This document shows positions 18,163 to 27,450 of a DNA stretch of 64,000 bases, piece by piece. Position numbers and translations under genes: made by a program. Source of the DNA: a phage; assembly GCA_029220445.1 (NCBI GenBank), contig GCA_029220445.1_3666.1, one strand, 5' to 3'. The notes under the pieces were generated by a model. The model was not told the origin of the DNA. It made no database searches and worked only from the letters and a program-made list of their open reading frames with translations. Numbering within the stretch: position 1 is the first letter of the stretch; the number at the start of each line of letters is the position of its first letter.

Positions 18163-18244
18163 AACGTGTTCCTTTTAAAGAAGAGGGAACCAAACCCTCT
18201 TTGAAAACAATGATACTAAATCTGAAGCGTTGTGTCAACAGTTT

Positions 18245-18535
18245 TTACAGATTGTTGTCGATAGTATTTAAAATATCTACAGCAAGATCTGCCATTTTTC
18301 GAACATACTCTGCAAACTCAACAGGATCCTTGATCAAAGAATTTACAGGGTCGTACCCTAGAGCGTTCAAAATGGCTGCAGCATCTACAACCTTTTCATC
18401 ATTTGCAAAGATCTCTCCGTCAAACTTATAGGTCCATTTTGAGTCAATCTTGGCAGGGCATGGCTGGTCCATGCTTGTTACACCATCGTCTTTAACCTCT
18501 CCTGCGTTATCAATATTCAGAACTAAATCCATCAT
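18245..18535 (-). CDS. hypothetical acidic protein (96 aa)
   Basis: ORF on minus strand. Confidence 0.5.
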   Translation of the reverse strand: MMDLVLNIDNAGEVKDDGVTSMDQPCPAKIDSKWTYKFDGEIFANDEKVVDAAAILNALGYDPVNSLIKDPVEFAEYVRKMADLAVDILNTIDNNL

Positions 18536-18552
18536 AGTGGCACCTCACTGTT

Positions 18553-18951
18553 TCAGTTTAGCTTTTCTTCAACAACCCCATAGCTTGGGACAGAATCAAG
18601 AGCTTTCTGGTTTAAAAGTGGTGTAGCAGAATCTGCAAACGGTGTCCAAGTTTTTGTTCTGGAATTCCAGTAATGCTTCACTCTGGAATCTGGATGCACT
18701 ATAACAAAAACTTTTTCACTTGTCAACACATTAATTTCTTCTACACCCTTGCTGATAATTTCTCCGTCATAGCCCCCAGTCTGGTATCCTTCGTACCAGG
18801 TTCTTGCATAGGCATAGCCAGCCTGCCAGCATGCAGCCTCCTCCGAGGTGGAGACTACGTAGAAGTCCTTCTCAAATTCCGGAATACGCCCTTGCTTTAC
18901 GCTCCAAGCTCCGCGAATTTTCATTGTAACTTTGAACAGTTTATTTTTCAC
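18553..18951 (-). CDS. hypothetical protein (132 aa), paralogue of ORF 16351-16746
   Basis: Shared motif VHPDSRVKHYWNSRTKTWTP vs RHPHSNIAYYWDVLNNEWTP. Confidence 0.5.
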   Translation of the reverse strand: MKNKLFKVTMKIRGAWSVKQGRIPEFEKDFYVVSTSEEAACWQAGYAYARTWYEGYQTGGYDGEIISKGVEEINVLTSEKVFVIVHPDSRVKHYWNSRTKTWTPFADSATPLLNQKALDSVPSYGVVEEKLN

Positions 18952-18963
18952 AACGGTTACCCA

Positions 18964-19218
18964 TCACAGCTCTACAATATCTGCATCTGACCCTACCCCA
19001 AAGGCATAATAGGACTCTTCCCCGAAATAATATTCAGGTGCACCAGCGGTGATCAGGTCTGATCCTAAGATAAACACCACGTTGTGGCCTACATAACTGT
19101 GATGTTGCCGCACAGGATCATCCCACGGCAACCCTTCAAAGTATACCGCAGGGACGACCTTTCCTTTCAGGAAGGATTGCCCCAAGTAGACGTTAGAATC
19201 AAGAATTTTAACCTTCAT
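18964..19218 (-). CDS. small protein (84 aa), MKVK-LDS / GK-V / DL-AGA paralogue family (A1)
   Basis: Aligns by eye with 19208-19435 and 22767-23000. Confidence 0.55.
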   Translation of the reverse strand: MKVKILDSNVYLGQSFLKGKVVPAVYFEGLPWDDPVRQHHSYVGHNVVFILGSDLITAGAPEYYFGEESYYAFGVGSDADIVEL

Positions 19219-19435
19219 GATCGTCCTCCACTATCTCTACATCCTCACCTAGGGCAAAGTTGTAGGTCCACTGACTGTCAAAGCATTCCTGAGATGCACC
19301 AGCGGCAATAAGATCTGCCCCTTTTATTTTTAAAAGGTCAGGGTAATCTTCGTTAGGGACAGCAGTAAACACTTTCCCCACTAAAGGCTCCTGACCAATA
19401 TAGAATCTTGAATCTAAAACTTTAACTTTCATCAA
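19208..19435 (-). CDS. small protein (75 aa), paralogue family A2
   Basis: MMKVKVLDSRFYIGQEPLVGKVFTAV ... DLIAAGAS; overlaps A1 start. Confidence 0.55.
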   Translation of the reverse strand: MMKVKVLDSRFYIGQEPLVGKVFTAVPNEDYPDLLKIKGADLIAAGASQECFDSQWTYNFALGEDVEIVEDDHEG

Positions 19436-19719
19436 CGGTCTCCATCAGGTGGTTGTGGGACGTAAACACTGTTACGAATATCGTCCGCAGTATAGTAATA
19501 AGTGTCTCCAACCCTATCTCTGGCTGCAATGTACTCTGCTATACCAATAAGTGCCATTGATTTGGTGGCGTATCTTCCCCACTCGTTAGCTCCCCAGTAG
19601 AATTTAGACCAATAGGGAATAAGACCGAACAAATATACCTTTTGACGAACTTCCCAGTAAGTGCCTTTCCCGACAAGTTTAAACTCAACTTCACCACTGT
19701 TAATCTTTTTCATTATCAA
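19432..19719 (-). CDS. hypothetical aromatic-rich protein (95 aa)
   Basis: ATGA overlap with neighbours. Confidence 0.5.
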   Translation of the reverse strand: MIMKKINSGEVEFKLVGKGTYWEVRQKVYLFGLIPYWSKFYWGANEWGRYATKSMALIGIAEYIAARDRVGDTYYYTADDIRNSVYVPQPPDGDR

Positions 19720-20012
19720 TCTCCCTCTACCGTGGTCGGATTGTCAGTAAGAAATTGAGCATTAGCTGGAGGCACACCTGACATTTTCCACACGACCATA
19801 AGTTTGTAACCAGGCACTCTATTAAGCGCAGATCGAGTAGAGTTTGTGCACGTATACTTTCGCTTTCCAAACCCGTTCTCCATCATAATCCAGTACCCAG
19901 TATCTTTGTCACCAGGTATTGGTAGACCACCTTCATCAACCCACTGAATGGACCACGGCACGATGGCTACAGCTTTATATTTAAACTTTTTAAACCACTC
20001 AAAAAGTTTCAT
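19716..20012 (-). CDS. hypothetical protein (98 aa)
   Basis: ORF, overlapping start/stop. Confidence 0.5.
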   Translation of the reverse strand: MKLFEWFKKFKYKAVAIVPWSIQWVDEGGLPIPGDKDTGYWIMMENGFGKRKYTCTNSTRSALNRVPGYKLMVVWKMSGVPPANAQFLTDNPTTVEGD

Positions 20013-20197
20013 AATTCAGCCTCGCTTGGCAACTCTTCCACCTTAACATGCCGAAAAGTGTTACCGTAATGGTTGATCCATGACATCAGCTCACTTTCTT
20101 GCTCTTCCTCTGGGATGAACTCTCGAATACTGACAAGTTTTAAGAAAACCCAATCACAATCTGCACCCATTCTACCAGACAGACAATAGTGCTTCAT
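20009..20197 (-). CDS. hypothetical protein (62 aa)
   Basis: ORF, overlapping start/stop. Confidence 0.4.
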   Translation of the reverse strand: MKHYCLSGRMGADCDWVFLKLVSIREFIPEEEQESELMSWINHYGNTFRHVKVEELPSEAEL

Positions 20198-20216
20198 AAA
20201 AACCCTCCATCCTGGT

Positions 20217-20417
20217 TTAGAATACTGCCTCTTTTAATGATCCAAGGAGCAGCAGGTGTGAAATCTGATCCACATCCATGGTAGATTCAATCTCCTCTTT
20301 TTTGAAAGGTTCTCGGCAAAACAGTACTACATTTGGGTTTTCGCTACGCACTATATAATACAGATCGTTCAAATCATTCTCATAGTAGGTATTAAATTTA
20401 AGAATTTTGTCACTCAT
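20217..20417 (-). CDS. hypothetical protein (66 aa)
   Basis: ORF on minus strand. Confidence 0.4.
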   Translation of the reverse strand: MSDKILKFNTYYENDLNDLYYIVRSENPNVVLFCREPFKKEEIESTMDVDQISHLLLLGSLKEAVF

Positions 20418-20701
20418 TTTCTAATCCTCTTCTTAGATTTTTGTGCAGAAACGCTTTCTGCAATACGAGACAGGCGTTCTTCTGAAGCTTTACCTACCCC
20501 AGGTTTCTTGAGCGGGTTATCTTTATGACCGCAATCCAATTGGATGCTAGATACCTCCCCAACCTTGTAAGTCAATTCTAACAAAAGGTTGTCGTCCTTG
20601 TCAAATGTTTTTACGATAAATTTTTTATCGTCCTCCTGAACTTCATACCTAGTACCTGCAGTATACAGCATGGTGCCATCAGTGTAGGATATCCAAATCA
20701 T
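20414..20701 (-). CDS. hypothetical basic-tailed protein (95 aa)
   Basis: ORF, overlapping start/stop. Confidence 0.5.
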   Translation of the reverse strand: MIWISYTDGTMLYTAGTRYEVQEDDKKFIVKTFDKDDNLLLELTYKVGEVSSIQLDCGHKDNPLKKPGVGKASEERLSRIAESVSAQKSKKRIRK

Positions 20702-21045
20702 TGCACCTCCTTCTGCTGCAACAGCATTAACTCTTTGTTGGAAATCTTTACTGCTGTCTTTATTGTTCCATCTTCACGGAACCACGACCAGAATTCTACA
20801 GTGTCACCACTATCAAGCAAGGCATGACCATGGTAAAAATCCTTGTCCTTAGACAGTTTCTCATCTATATCTGCATCGACACACTCGTGATCCATAGCAT
20901 TTTGCCTGAATGCATCGGTTATGCCAATGCATGCCTTGCTCTCAAGACTGGTATATCCGATATCTTTTAATTCAGTTTCCCAAGTCCAGTATCCTACAAA
21001 AGCCACAACAGCTACCCACATTAATATCGATTTAATCTTTGACAT
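20698..21045 (-). CDS. membrane-anchored/secreted protein (115 aa)
   Basis: N-terminal hydrophobic segment ILMWVAVVAFVGYWTW. Confidence 0.5.
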   Translation of the reverse strand: MSKIKSILMWVAVVAFVGYWTWETELKDIGYTSLESKACIGITDAFRQNAMDHECVDADIDEKLSKDKDFYHGHALLDSGDTVEFWSWFREDGTIKTAVKISNKELMLLQQKEVQ

Positions 21046-21105
21046 TCTCTCTACCTCTTTCTTAATTTGTTTAATTATGGCACATCCTTTGTGCCTTGTT
21101 GCACA

Positions 21106-21567
21106 CTACTTAAACAACAGTTCAAAATAGTGCAAAATTAACAGAAGTTGAATTACGCCTAGCACAACAGCAAGTATGTTAATCTTAGAATCAAAAAACT
21201 TCTTAACTTTTACCCTAAAAGGTTCCTTAATGTCCTTTACGATCCTATCTATAGATGACCTCATATCCCTGATTACCATCCTGAACATTAAAGACGGATG
21301 ATCCCTCTCTGTAACGGAATCGAAAACATACTCTCTTTGATCACAAGGGCCGCCAGCTCTGCGTATTAACCTCTCCACAGAGACCTCGTACGACACACCT
21401 GTAACGTAATCATCTATGACAAGGAGTGACGGGTCTTTATCGTCCAAGGGTATCAAAGTTATCTTTCCAGATTTTGTTAAAATTTCTCCTTTTTCAAGTA
21501 AGGTGTACCAATGCTCTCTGCCAAGACTGTTGAGGCACGTTTTTACATATTTAACAAACATCGTCAC
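21106..21567 (-). CDS. tail-anchored membrane protein (153 aa)
   Basis: C-terminal hydrophobic helix ILAVVLGVIQLLLILHYF. Confidence 0.5.
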   Translation of the reverse strand: MTMFVKYVKTCLNSLGREHWYTLLEKGEILTKSGKITLIPLDDKDPSLLVIDDYVTGVSYEVSVERLIRRAGGPCDQREYVFDSVTERDHPSLMFRMVIRDMRSSIDRIVKDIKEPFRVKVKKFFDSKINILAVVLGVIQLLLILHYFELLFK

Positions 21568-21749
21568 CCCTCATCGCACGTCTGATATAACCACTCTATA
21601 AAATCTTGATACCATTCGCCCTCTGAGCGCTCCGTAGGCCAATAATCTTCACCCTCTCGTGCATTAAAATCTGAGTATTCAACTTTCCACTCCTTTACCA
21701 GCTCGTGGAGAAGGTTTTCAGCCTGCTCTAAAGATTTATTTTTTGCCAT
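21564..21749 (-). CDS. hypothetical acidic protein (61 aa)
   Basis: ATG 21749 with AAAAAGGAGACAGCA RBS (track start 21767 is an extension). Confidence 0.45.
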   Translation of the reverse strand: MAKNKSLEQAENLLHELVKEWKVEYSDFNAREGEDYWPTERSEGEWYQDFIEWLYQTCDEG

Positions 21750-21968
21750 TGCTGTCTCCTTTTTCAAGATAGTTATACATCAGAACTGCACCACCTAAGA
21801 TGGCTACCAGTAACAATACCCCAGATAGCATCTCAATAAACATGGCTTGAAACACTGGAAGGTCTCCCTAAATTAACGCACCATTTTAAATACATGCTCT
21901 TTTCCCATAAAGGTGCCTGGCTAAGATCTGCGTAGAACGCAATCTCTTTAAGAACAGTATAAACAGTT

Positions 21969-22205
21969 TTAGGTGCGGTCTCCATCCCTACTCTCCTTTT
22001 TCTCCTTACGGATATTCTTGTAGTAATCAACTAGGCACATTATTACAATGAAGATAACAATAGGCCAAAAAGGTGCAGCAGTGATGATGGTGATAAAATC
22101 ATCAAACTCCACCTTTCGTCTAGCTAAGATGCATACACCTGTCAAGAATACCGCTGTTATAACGGCTATTACCAGGTAACCTATTAGCACAGCATTTATA
22201 CTCAT
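21969..22205 (-). CDS. small membrane protein (78 aa, two TM helices); holin-like topology but unassigned
   Basis: Two hydrophobic helices, charged C-terminal tail. Confidence 0.45.
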   Translation of the reverse strand: MSINAVLIGYLVIAVITAVFLTGVCILARRKVEFDDFITIITAAPFWPIVIFIVIMCLVDYYKNIRKEKKESRDGDRT

Positions 22206-22236
22206 TAGTCCTCCCTTTTGTAGGTTAAATTATATA

Positions 22237-22770
22237 CTACAGATGGTTGCTTATGGTGTCAAGAAAATTATCTCGTTCTTTCTCGGAGTTTTCACGGGTG
22301 TAGCTGAAAAACATATCTAGAATAACCTTATTGATATATTCCAGCTCCTCTGTGTTCAGGTACTTAGCAGGATCTACAATGACATCCCAAATATCATACA
22401 GACCACACTCATGATATCCATAACGCCACTCAATTGTCAAGCTGAGCGGCAAATCTTTACCGTCACAAACAACCTTCCATCTACATATGTTGGTATCTGG
22501 GCGTATCTGTGCACGGTATACCTGTACAAAATCCAATTTGAATTTGAGGTATTCGTCATGCAATTTAAGCACAAAGCTCTCGATTTGTGGAGACACTTTT
22601 GCAGCAAACTGTGCGTATTTGTATTTGCACTGGATGATCTTTCTGCGTTTTGCAGTTAAATTTTTTGCCGCCAGTTGTTCTTCAGTGTATCTCCACCTAC
22701 GATCAACAAACGCAACAGGGTCTTTGTCCCCATAGAGGTCTTCCCAGTTAATCAGAAGCATACCTGTCAC
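22237..22770 (-). CDS. hypothetical protein (177 aa)
   Basis: ORF on minus strand. Confidence 0.55.
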   Translation of the reverse strand: MTGMLLINWEDLYGDKDPVAFVDRRWRYTEEQLAAKNLTAKRRKIIQCKYKYAQFAAKVSPQIESFVLKLHDEYLKFKLDFVQVYRAQIRPDTNICRWKVVCDGKDLPLSLTIEWRYGYHECGLYDIWDVIVDPAKYLNTEELEYINKVILDMFFSYTRENSEKERDNFLDTISNHL

Positions 22771-23000
22771 TCCTCCACAACTTCAAGGCCTTTACCGCCT
22801 CGCTCTGGCAGATTACTTAAAGATAGGTAATACATATAATCAGGAGAGATCCTGCCAGACTCTGCACCTGCAGATAGTAAATCTTTTCCCTTAACCATGA
22901 CAACATTATCGTTTGCAGATAGTCGTTTTGCTTCCACAATTTTACCAACGCAGTCAACCAAGGAAGGGTACCCTAAATCTGTAAGAAATTTAACTTTCAT
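22767..23000 (-). CDS. small protein (77 aa), paralogue family A3
   Basis: MKVKFLTDLGYPSLVDCVGKIVEA ... DLLSAGAES; ends LEVVEE. Confidence 0.55.
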   Translation of the reverse strand: MKVKFLTDLGYPSLVDCVGKIVEAKRLSANDNVVMVKGKDLLSAGAESGRISPDYMYYLSLSNLPERGGKGLEVVEE

Positions 23001-23039
23001 GCTACCTCCTACTTCTACCGTCCCTGGTAAGATAAATTA

Positions 23040-23438
23040 TTACTGAACAAAGCGCGGAGCTGGGAAGGATAACTCTTCTAAAGAGAAGATTTCATTCCCC
23101 ACAATCCATGTTGCAGGATCATCTGGGTTGACTGGATAGATAATCATCACCTCGTCAGTGTTACATACCCGCTTTTTACCTGTGGAGTCATCAGCAACCA
23201 GCATGCGCGGTTCTTCAGAAATGCACAGGTAGCCTCCTCGGCCCACTGTTCCTTCCACAGGGTCTTGCCCTTTGATCACGATGATTATCTTCTCTCCTGA
23301 GGCGATATTACCTTGCACACTCACCGTTTGACCAACCTTGGATGTGCCAATCTTAGTGACTTCGAACATTACATCCCTAATTACTGTTGCATAATCGCCA
23401 GACACTTTCTTACCTTCTTTAGTGATCTCAATCTTCAT
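23040..23438 (-). CDS. hypothetical protein (132 aa), MKIEIT start
   Basis: ORF on minus strand. Confidence 0.55.
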   Translation of the reverse strand: MKIEITKEGKKVSGDYATVIRDVMFEVTKIGTSKVGQTVSVQGNIASGEKIIIVIKGQDPVEGTVGRGGYLCISEEPRMLVADDSTGKKRVCNTDEVMIIYPVNPDDPATWIVGNEIFSLEELSFPAPRFVQ

Positions 23439-23707
23439 ACACTGGGCTCCTTAAATGAATCTATGTAATCAATTAAATCCCAAGCATCCCTATGACCTGT
23501 CAGAGGGTATACTTCTCCAAGAGGGATCATAGCAATAAGTCTATCAAAAACCCAATCTGGACGCAACATTTTATGGTGATACTCCCACTCACCTTCTACA
23601 GACTTTTTCTGAGTGATCAGGATCTCTGTGTAGTGTTTCGCCTGTCTTGAGTAGATTGAGAATGACTTGTACATAAATGGCCCCCTCTTGTTGAAAACAA
23701 AATACAC
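23435..23707 (-). CDS. hypothetical protein (90 aa)
   Basis: ORF, overlapping start/stop. Confidence 0.5.
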   Translation of the reverse strand: MYFVFNKRGPFMYKSFSIYSRQAKHYTEILITQKKSVEGEWEYHHKMLRPDWVFDRLIAMIPLGEVYPLTGHRDAWDLIDYIDSFKEPSV

Positions 23708-23709
23708 TA

Positions 23710-24024
23710 CTACCAGGTCACTGTCAAGTAGGCAACTGTGTTATTTTTCTCCGGAGAGATGCCAACAACATCCACCTGCAGGCCTCCTGCCCTCAAATCC
23801 CCAACAATGTGTGGGAAGTAGTCTGAGAGATGCGAGGGTAGATTTATCGAAAATCCGCATCCCAGAAAGCCTGCTAACGCTTTATTTTGTATCTCCCCTA
23901 CAATCGCATCATAAATGGAGTTAAGCTCGTCAGGGAGCGTTACAGGACGTTTTAGCGCTAACTGGTGTAATTTGTCCTTAGCACTCATTTTCATTTCAGG
24001 TCTACCTCTGGTGGTGCCAACCAC
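23710..24024 (-). CDS. hypothetical protein (104 aa)
   Basis: ORF; overlaps downstream methyltransferase start by ~30 nt. Confidence 0.45.
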   Translation of the reverse strand: MVGTTRGRPEMKMSAKDKLHQLALKRPVTLPDELNSIYDAIVGEIQNKALAGFLGCGFSINLPSHLSDYFPHIVGDLRAGGLQVDVVGISPEKNNTVAYLTVTW

Positions 24025-24524
24025 ATAAATGGCGGCAAGCCTAAACGGTTTTTCTTATCCCACACAAAATATGCATATGCTTGCCCGTCAGTTCTACCAT
24101 TTGATTGAAATGACGGACGCTTAGATATTGTGATCACAGTGGTAGGTGCATTATCAAGCCACCATTCAAATCTGGCTTTGCTTTCCAGAAAATTAAGACG
24201 TAAAAGCATAATAACTACGTCAGCATCTTTCAACGCCTTGTCTACAAACTCACGAGCTAAGCTGTATGGTGGGTTGGTGATAATACAGTCAACATGGTTG
24301 TATTCTGTATTCAGATAGTCAACACCTTCTTGGATTTCTCCCCATGCAGATCCTAACGGCATACGGGAGTAGAACACACCTGAGGCACTATTCCTGCAAG
24401 GCTCTAAGTAGGTCCAGTCTTCTGGGAACGGAATAAGGTCATACAGCCCTTCTGCACACCACTCCGGTGTCACATACTCATCGTAGGCGTTACGTTGTTC
24501 ATCAGGTTTTCTAGCACAAGTCAT
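23991..24524 (-). CDS. DNA N6-adenine methyltransferase-like (177 aa)
   Basis: Catalytic NPPY motif (CIITNPPYSL) and upstream EPCRNSASGVF SAM-binding-like block; same motif order as the MTase at 39340-40158. Confidence 0.6.
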   Translation of the reverse strand: MTCARKPDEQRNAYDEYVTPEWCAEGLYDLIPFPEDWTYLEPCRNSASGVFYSRMPLGSAWGEIQEGVDYLNTEYNHVDCIITNPPYSLAREFVDKALKDADVVIMLLRLNFLESKARFEWWLDNAPTTVITISKRPSFQSNGRTDGQAYAYFVWDKKNRLGLPPFMWLAPPEVDLK

Positions 24525-24539
24525 GCAAATCTCCAGATC

Positions 24540-24568
24540 ATAAAAGCCCTCCGAAGAGGGCTTTAGAA
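24540..24568 (-). terminator. intrinsic terminator for minus-strand transcripts (agccctc-ttcg-gagggct + T-run)
   Basis: Perfect hairpin with T-run on minus strand after ClpP-like gene. Confidence 0.6.
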
Positions 24569-24575
24569 TTAATGT

Positions 24576-25625
24576 TTAAACTTCTTCGACAATTCCTGCA
24601 CCCAGGATTTTTTCATTGAGCTCTTTTGCTGTTTTAATAATATTATCTACCAGACGCTTGCGAGTCTTATCTTTCACCTTAACCTCTTCACCGCCGTTCA
24701 GAGTAGTCTTCAATTGAGACAGAATATCCTGAAGTTCAACGACAGAGAATCTCTGCAGATCTTCTGAAGTAATCTCACCCAGGGCAATTCGGACGGTCTC
24801 GCCACTTTCCATCTGCAGATTCAGGAACACAGTGTGAACATCACCTTTCGAACCACCCGCTTTTGCAGATTCAACAGCATGAACTAACTCATCTAAAGAT
24901 GTGCACTGGTGAATCTCCGGAAGACCTGCTTCACCTAACACGCCTTCTTCATCACCTTTTGCCAGAAGCTTTTTCGGTTTTTGTCCGTTCTGGATGCGTT
25001 GTATGTTGCCTTCATCCAGAATAATAGCTCCAGTGCGTGCTGCCAGCTCTTCTCCGTCCAACCACACTTCGCCACCAGCTGTGATGGATGCGATCTCATC
25101 TTCTGTCAGCACCCCACCGTAGTATTTTTCGATTAAGCGTTCGAAATGTTTTTTCCAGTAGCTGACCTGAGTATTCATGTTCACACCGTTACCATAAGTG
25201 CCACCTTGGTAGTAGTGGAACATAAACTCTGTGTCCGGAGCCACAGTGCGTTCTTTGCAACCCAGCCATAAGATTGTTCCCGCAGAGCAGCACATCCCTT
25301 CAGCATGTGCAACAACGCTTGCCTGAGACTCGCGGAATGCCTGCAGATAAGCCATTGCAATGTTCACGCAACCCCCAGGACTATTGATGATCACCCGAAT
25401 GCTTTCTTCCGGCTGAGCCATACGGATCGTCTGCAGACGAGACATATGATCTTGTAAGTCTTCCAAATCGTCGATATAAAGAACGTGGTCAACAACTGGT
25501 GTTGGGTAGCTGTATGTTTCCATAATACCACCCGGCATACCGAACATTTTATTACTCATAGGTTCGAAACCGTTCTGTTTTTCTTTCATGCCGTGTACCA
25601 TGGTGCTACGAGGTGTTAAATTCAT
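24576..25625 (-). CDS. ClpP/S14-S49-like serine peptidase with ~130-aa C-terminal extension (349 aa)
   Basis: INSPGG, GMCCSAG (Ser position) and MFHYYQGG (His position) match ClpP-fold motifs. Confidence 0.65.
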   Translation of the reverse strand: MNLTPRSTMVHGMKEKQNGFEPMSNKMFGMPGGIMETYSYPTPVVDHVLYIDDLEDLQDHMSRLQTIRMAQPEESIRVIINSPGGCVNIAMAYLQAFRESQASVVAHAEGMCCSAGTILWLGCKERTVAPDTEFMFHYYQGGTYGNGVNMNTQVSYWKKHFERLIEKYYGGVLTEDEIASITAGGEVWLDGEELAARTGAIILDEGNIQRIQNGQKPKKLLAKGDEEGVLGEAGLPEIHQCTSLDELVHAVESAKAGGSKGDVHTVFLNLQMESGETVRIALGEITSEDLQRFSVVELQDILSQLKTTLNGGEEVKVKDKTRKRLVDNIIKTAKELNEKILGAGIVEEV

Positions 25626-25685
25626 GAGAAATCCTTAATATTGGAAGTTGAAAGCTATTTATTTAAACCTGATTCACATTTACCT

Positions 25686-25997
25686 TTATTTAGCAATCAC
25701 TATAGAGTACTTACGATTGTCAGAAGCATCGCAGCTCAATGATTGCCAGTCTACCACATACCACGTATCATTGTCAACAATCACTTTATCGCCTGTTCTG
25801 TAGCAGGTGCTGCTTTCAATAATCCGAGACTCGATAAAGAATCTGTGTCGGCGCTCACGTAGCAACGCTAAGTTGATTATATTGCCACCACTGTCCTTGA
25901 TCCATACATTCTTGGATCCTTTATATGCCAGAATTGTCTCGCCGTTATAGACAAACAGGCAGTATATTTTATTTAGTTTCTCTTGTATTGTGGCCAT
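25686..25997 (-). CDS. hypothetical protein (103 aa)
   Basis: ORF on minus strand. Confidence 0.5.
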   Translation of the reverse strand: MATIQEKLNKIYCLFVYNGETILAYKGSKNVWIKDSGGNIINLALLRERRHRFFIESRIIESSTCYRTGDKVIVDNDTWYVVDWQSLSCDASDNRKYSIVIAK

Positions 25998-26100
25998 ACT
26001 ATCTCCTTCTCCTTGTCTTGTCCGATAATAATATCTAAAGCTTACCTGTTTGTCAACAACTGTTTTAGATATTTAAGGGTGGAATAACCACCCTTCTGTA

Positions 26101-26889
26101 TTACTCGGAAACAGGGGTCCAAATATGATTTGCACGATCCTCTATAAGATTGAGAGCAATCTGACGACCCAACCCGGAACGAACGACATCGTCTGGACTA
26201 TCAAAGCTGATCATTCCAACCTCGGGATCTGGATGACGAGTAAAGAAATCCGTCACCCATGCAAGGCCAGATTTACCAGGGATGTCACGTTGGCTATTAT
26301 CGCCCATAATTACAAGGGTGGCCTGATCAGAGATCCTTGTGATAATTGACAACATTTCTTCAGGGTTAGTTTGCTGTGCCTCGTCAATCAGGACAAAGCA
26401 TCGCTCATCGAAACTACGACCACGAATGCTTTCAACCTCACAAATCTCGATACGGCTGTTCTGACCGTCTCCCAGCATTGCGGCAAAAGCACCTTTGCCA
26501 ACACGACGACAAATCGTGTCCATCATGCTTCGAAGATAGGGCCACAGTTTCTGCATTGCATTTCCAGGTTTAAATCCTGAAGTCTTTCCTGTCTGAACGT
26601 AAGGACGTGCAACAATGATCTTATCAATCTCGTTCTTACGCAGAAGATCACCTGCATATGCAGATGCCATGAATGTCTTACCGGATCCAAACACACCGTT
26701 TACAATAATAATCTTACGTGACCCTAGATAATCAAGATACTTTTGCTGCTTCTTATTCATTGGTCTGAGAGCTGGAGCGGTGTGCTCTCTTTCGTCAGCA
26801 AATTTCTCAGCAGCCTTACGCAGGCGATCAGATTTGCGAGCCTCTCTAGCCTCATCACGCATGCGTTTTGTTTCTTTAGCTCGACCCAT
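26101..26889 (-). CDS. phoH: PhoH-like ATPase (262 aa)
   Basis: Walker A GVFGSGKTF, IIVARPYVQTGKTSGFKPG and LIDEAQ...MGDNSQRD blocks typical of PhoH family. Confidence 0.75.
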   Translation of the reverse strand: MGRAKETKRMRDEAREARKSDRLRKAAEKFADEREHTAPALRPMNKKQQKYLDYLGSRKIIIVNGVFGSGKTFMASAYAGDLLRKNEIDKIIVARPYVQTGKTSGFKPGNAMQKLWPYLRSMMDTICRRVGKGAFAAMLGDGQNSRIEICEVESIRGRSFDERCFVLIDEAQQTNPEEMLSIITRISDQATLVIMGDNSQRDIPGKSGLAWVTDFFTRHPDPEVGMISFDSPDDVVRSGLGRQIALNLIEDRANHIWTPVSE

Positions 26890-26927
26890 GTTGGTACTCC
26901 TTTCAGATTGAGATGTGCCAAGTACTT

Positions 26928-27278
26928 TTACTGCAACAGTTTTTCAATAGCCGCTTCCATGCTGCTTGCAACAGCCTGAACTCGGATATTCATCTCTTCT
27001 TGGTGGATCAGCTCCTTAAGCTCTTTAATGGTAAATTCTTTAGAGAAACCTTCCACCATAATCTTGTGCAAGGCTTCTTGCGTGTCTACTTGCAAGAACT
27101 TTTCCAGTTTGTTGGCAGAGGCTTCTAAATCAGCCCGAATACGAGGGTCATCTGTGCGATTCAGCATTAGACGTAAGCCATCGAGATTAGTAGAAATAGC
27201 GTCTGCATGTTGAGTAACTAACCGTGGCAAAATGAGATCTACAAACTTATTAGCCAAATCGATACGTTCTTGTGTCAC
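26928..27278 (-). CDS. hypothetical helical protein (116 aa), GTG start
   Basis: GTG start overlaps stop of upstream small basic ORF. Confidence 0.5.
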   Translation of the reverse strand: MTQERIDLANKFVDLILPRLVTQHADAISTNLDGLRLMLNRTDDPRIRADLEASANKLEKFLQVDTQEALHKIMVEGFSKEFTIKELKELIHQEEMNIRVQAVASSMEAAIEKLLQ

Positions 27279-27388
27279 TGTTGCACCCCCTCTTCATCCT
27301 CATGATATTTCTTTTCGCGCTTGTGTTTTTTCTTAAGCTCAAGCGCAATCTCTTTTTTGTACGCCTTCTTCAAGGCTTTTTTAGCCAT
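27275..27388 (-). CDS. small lysine-rich protein (37 aa)
   Basis: Strong AGGAGG RBS 7 nt before ATG 27388; below ORF-track cutoff. Confidence 0.4.
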   Translation of the reverse strand: MAKKALKKAYKKEIALELKKKHKREKKYHEDEEGVQQ

Positions 27389-27450
27389 TTGGCACCTCCT
27401 CTGCTTTCATTACGCTAATTATAACCAACTTAACAAAGCTTTGTCAACAA

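Noticed and set aside
21739-21985. Small minus-strand frames 21739-21843 (35-aa hydrophobic peptide) and 21833-21985
   Set aside because: No convincing RBS and mutual overlap with better-supported neighbours; left out of the feature list, though a small membrane peptide here is possible.
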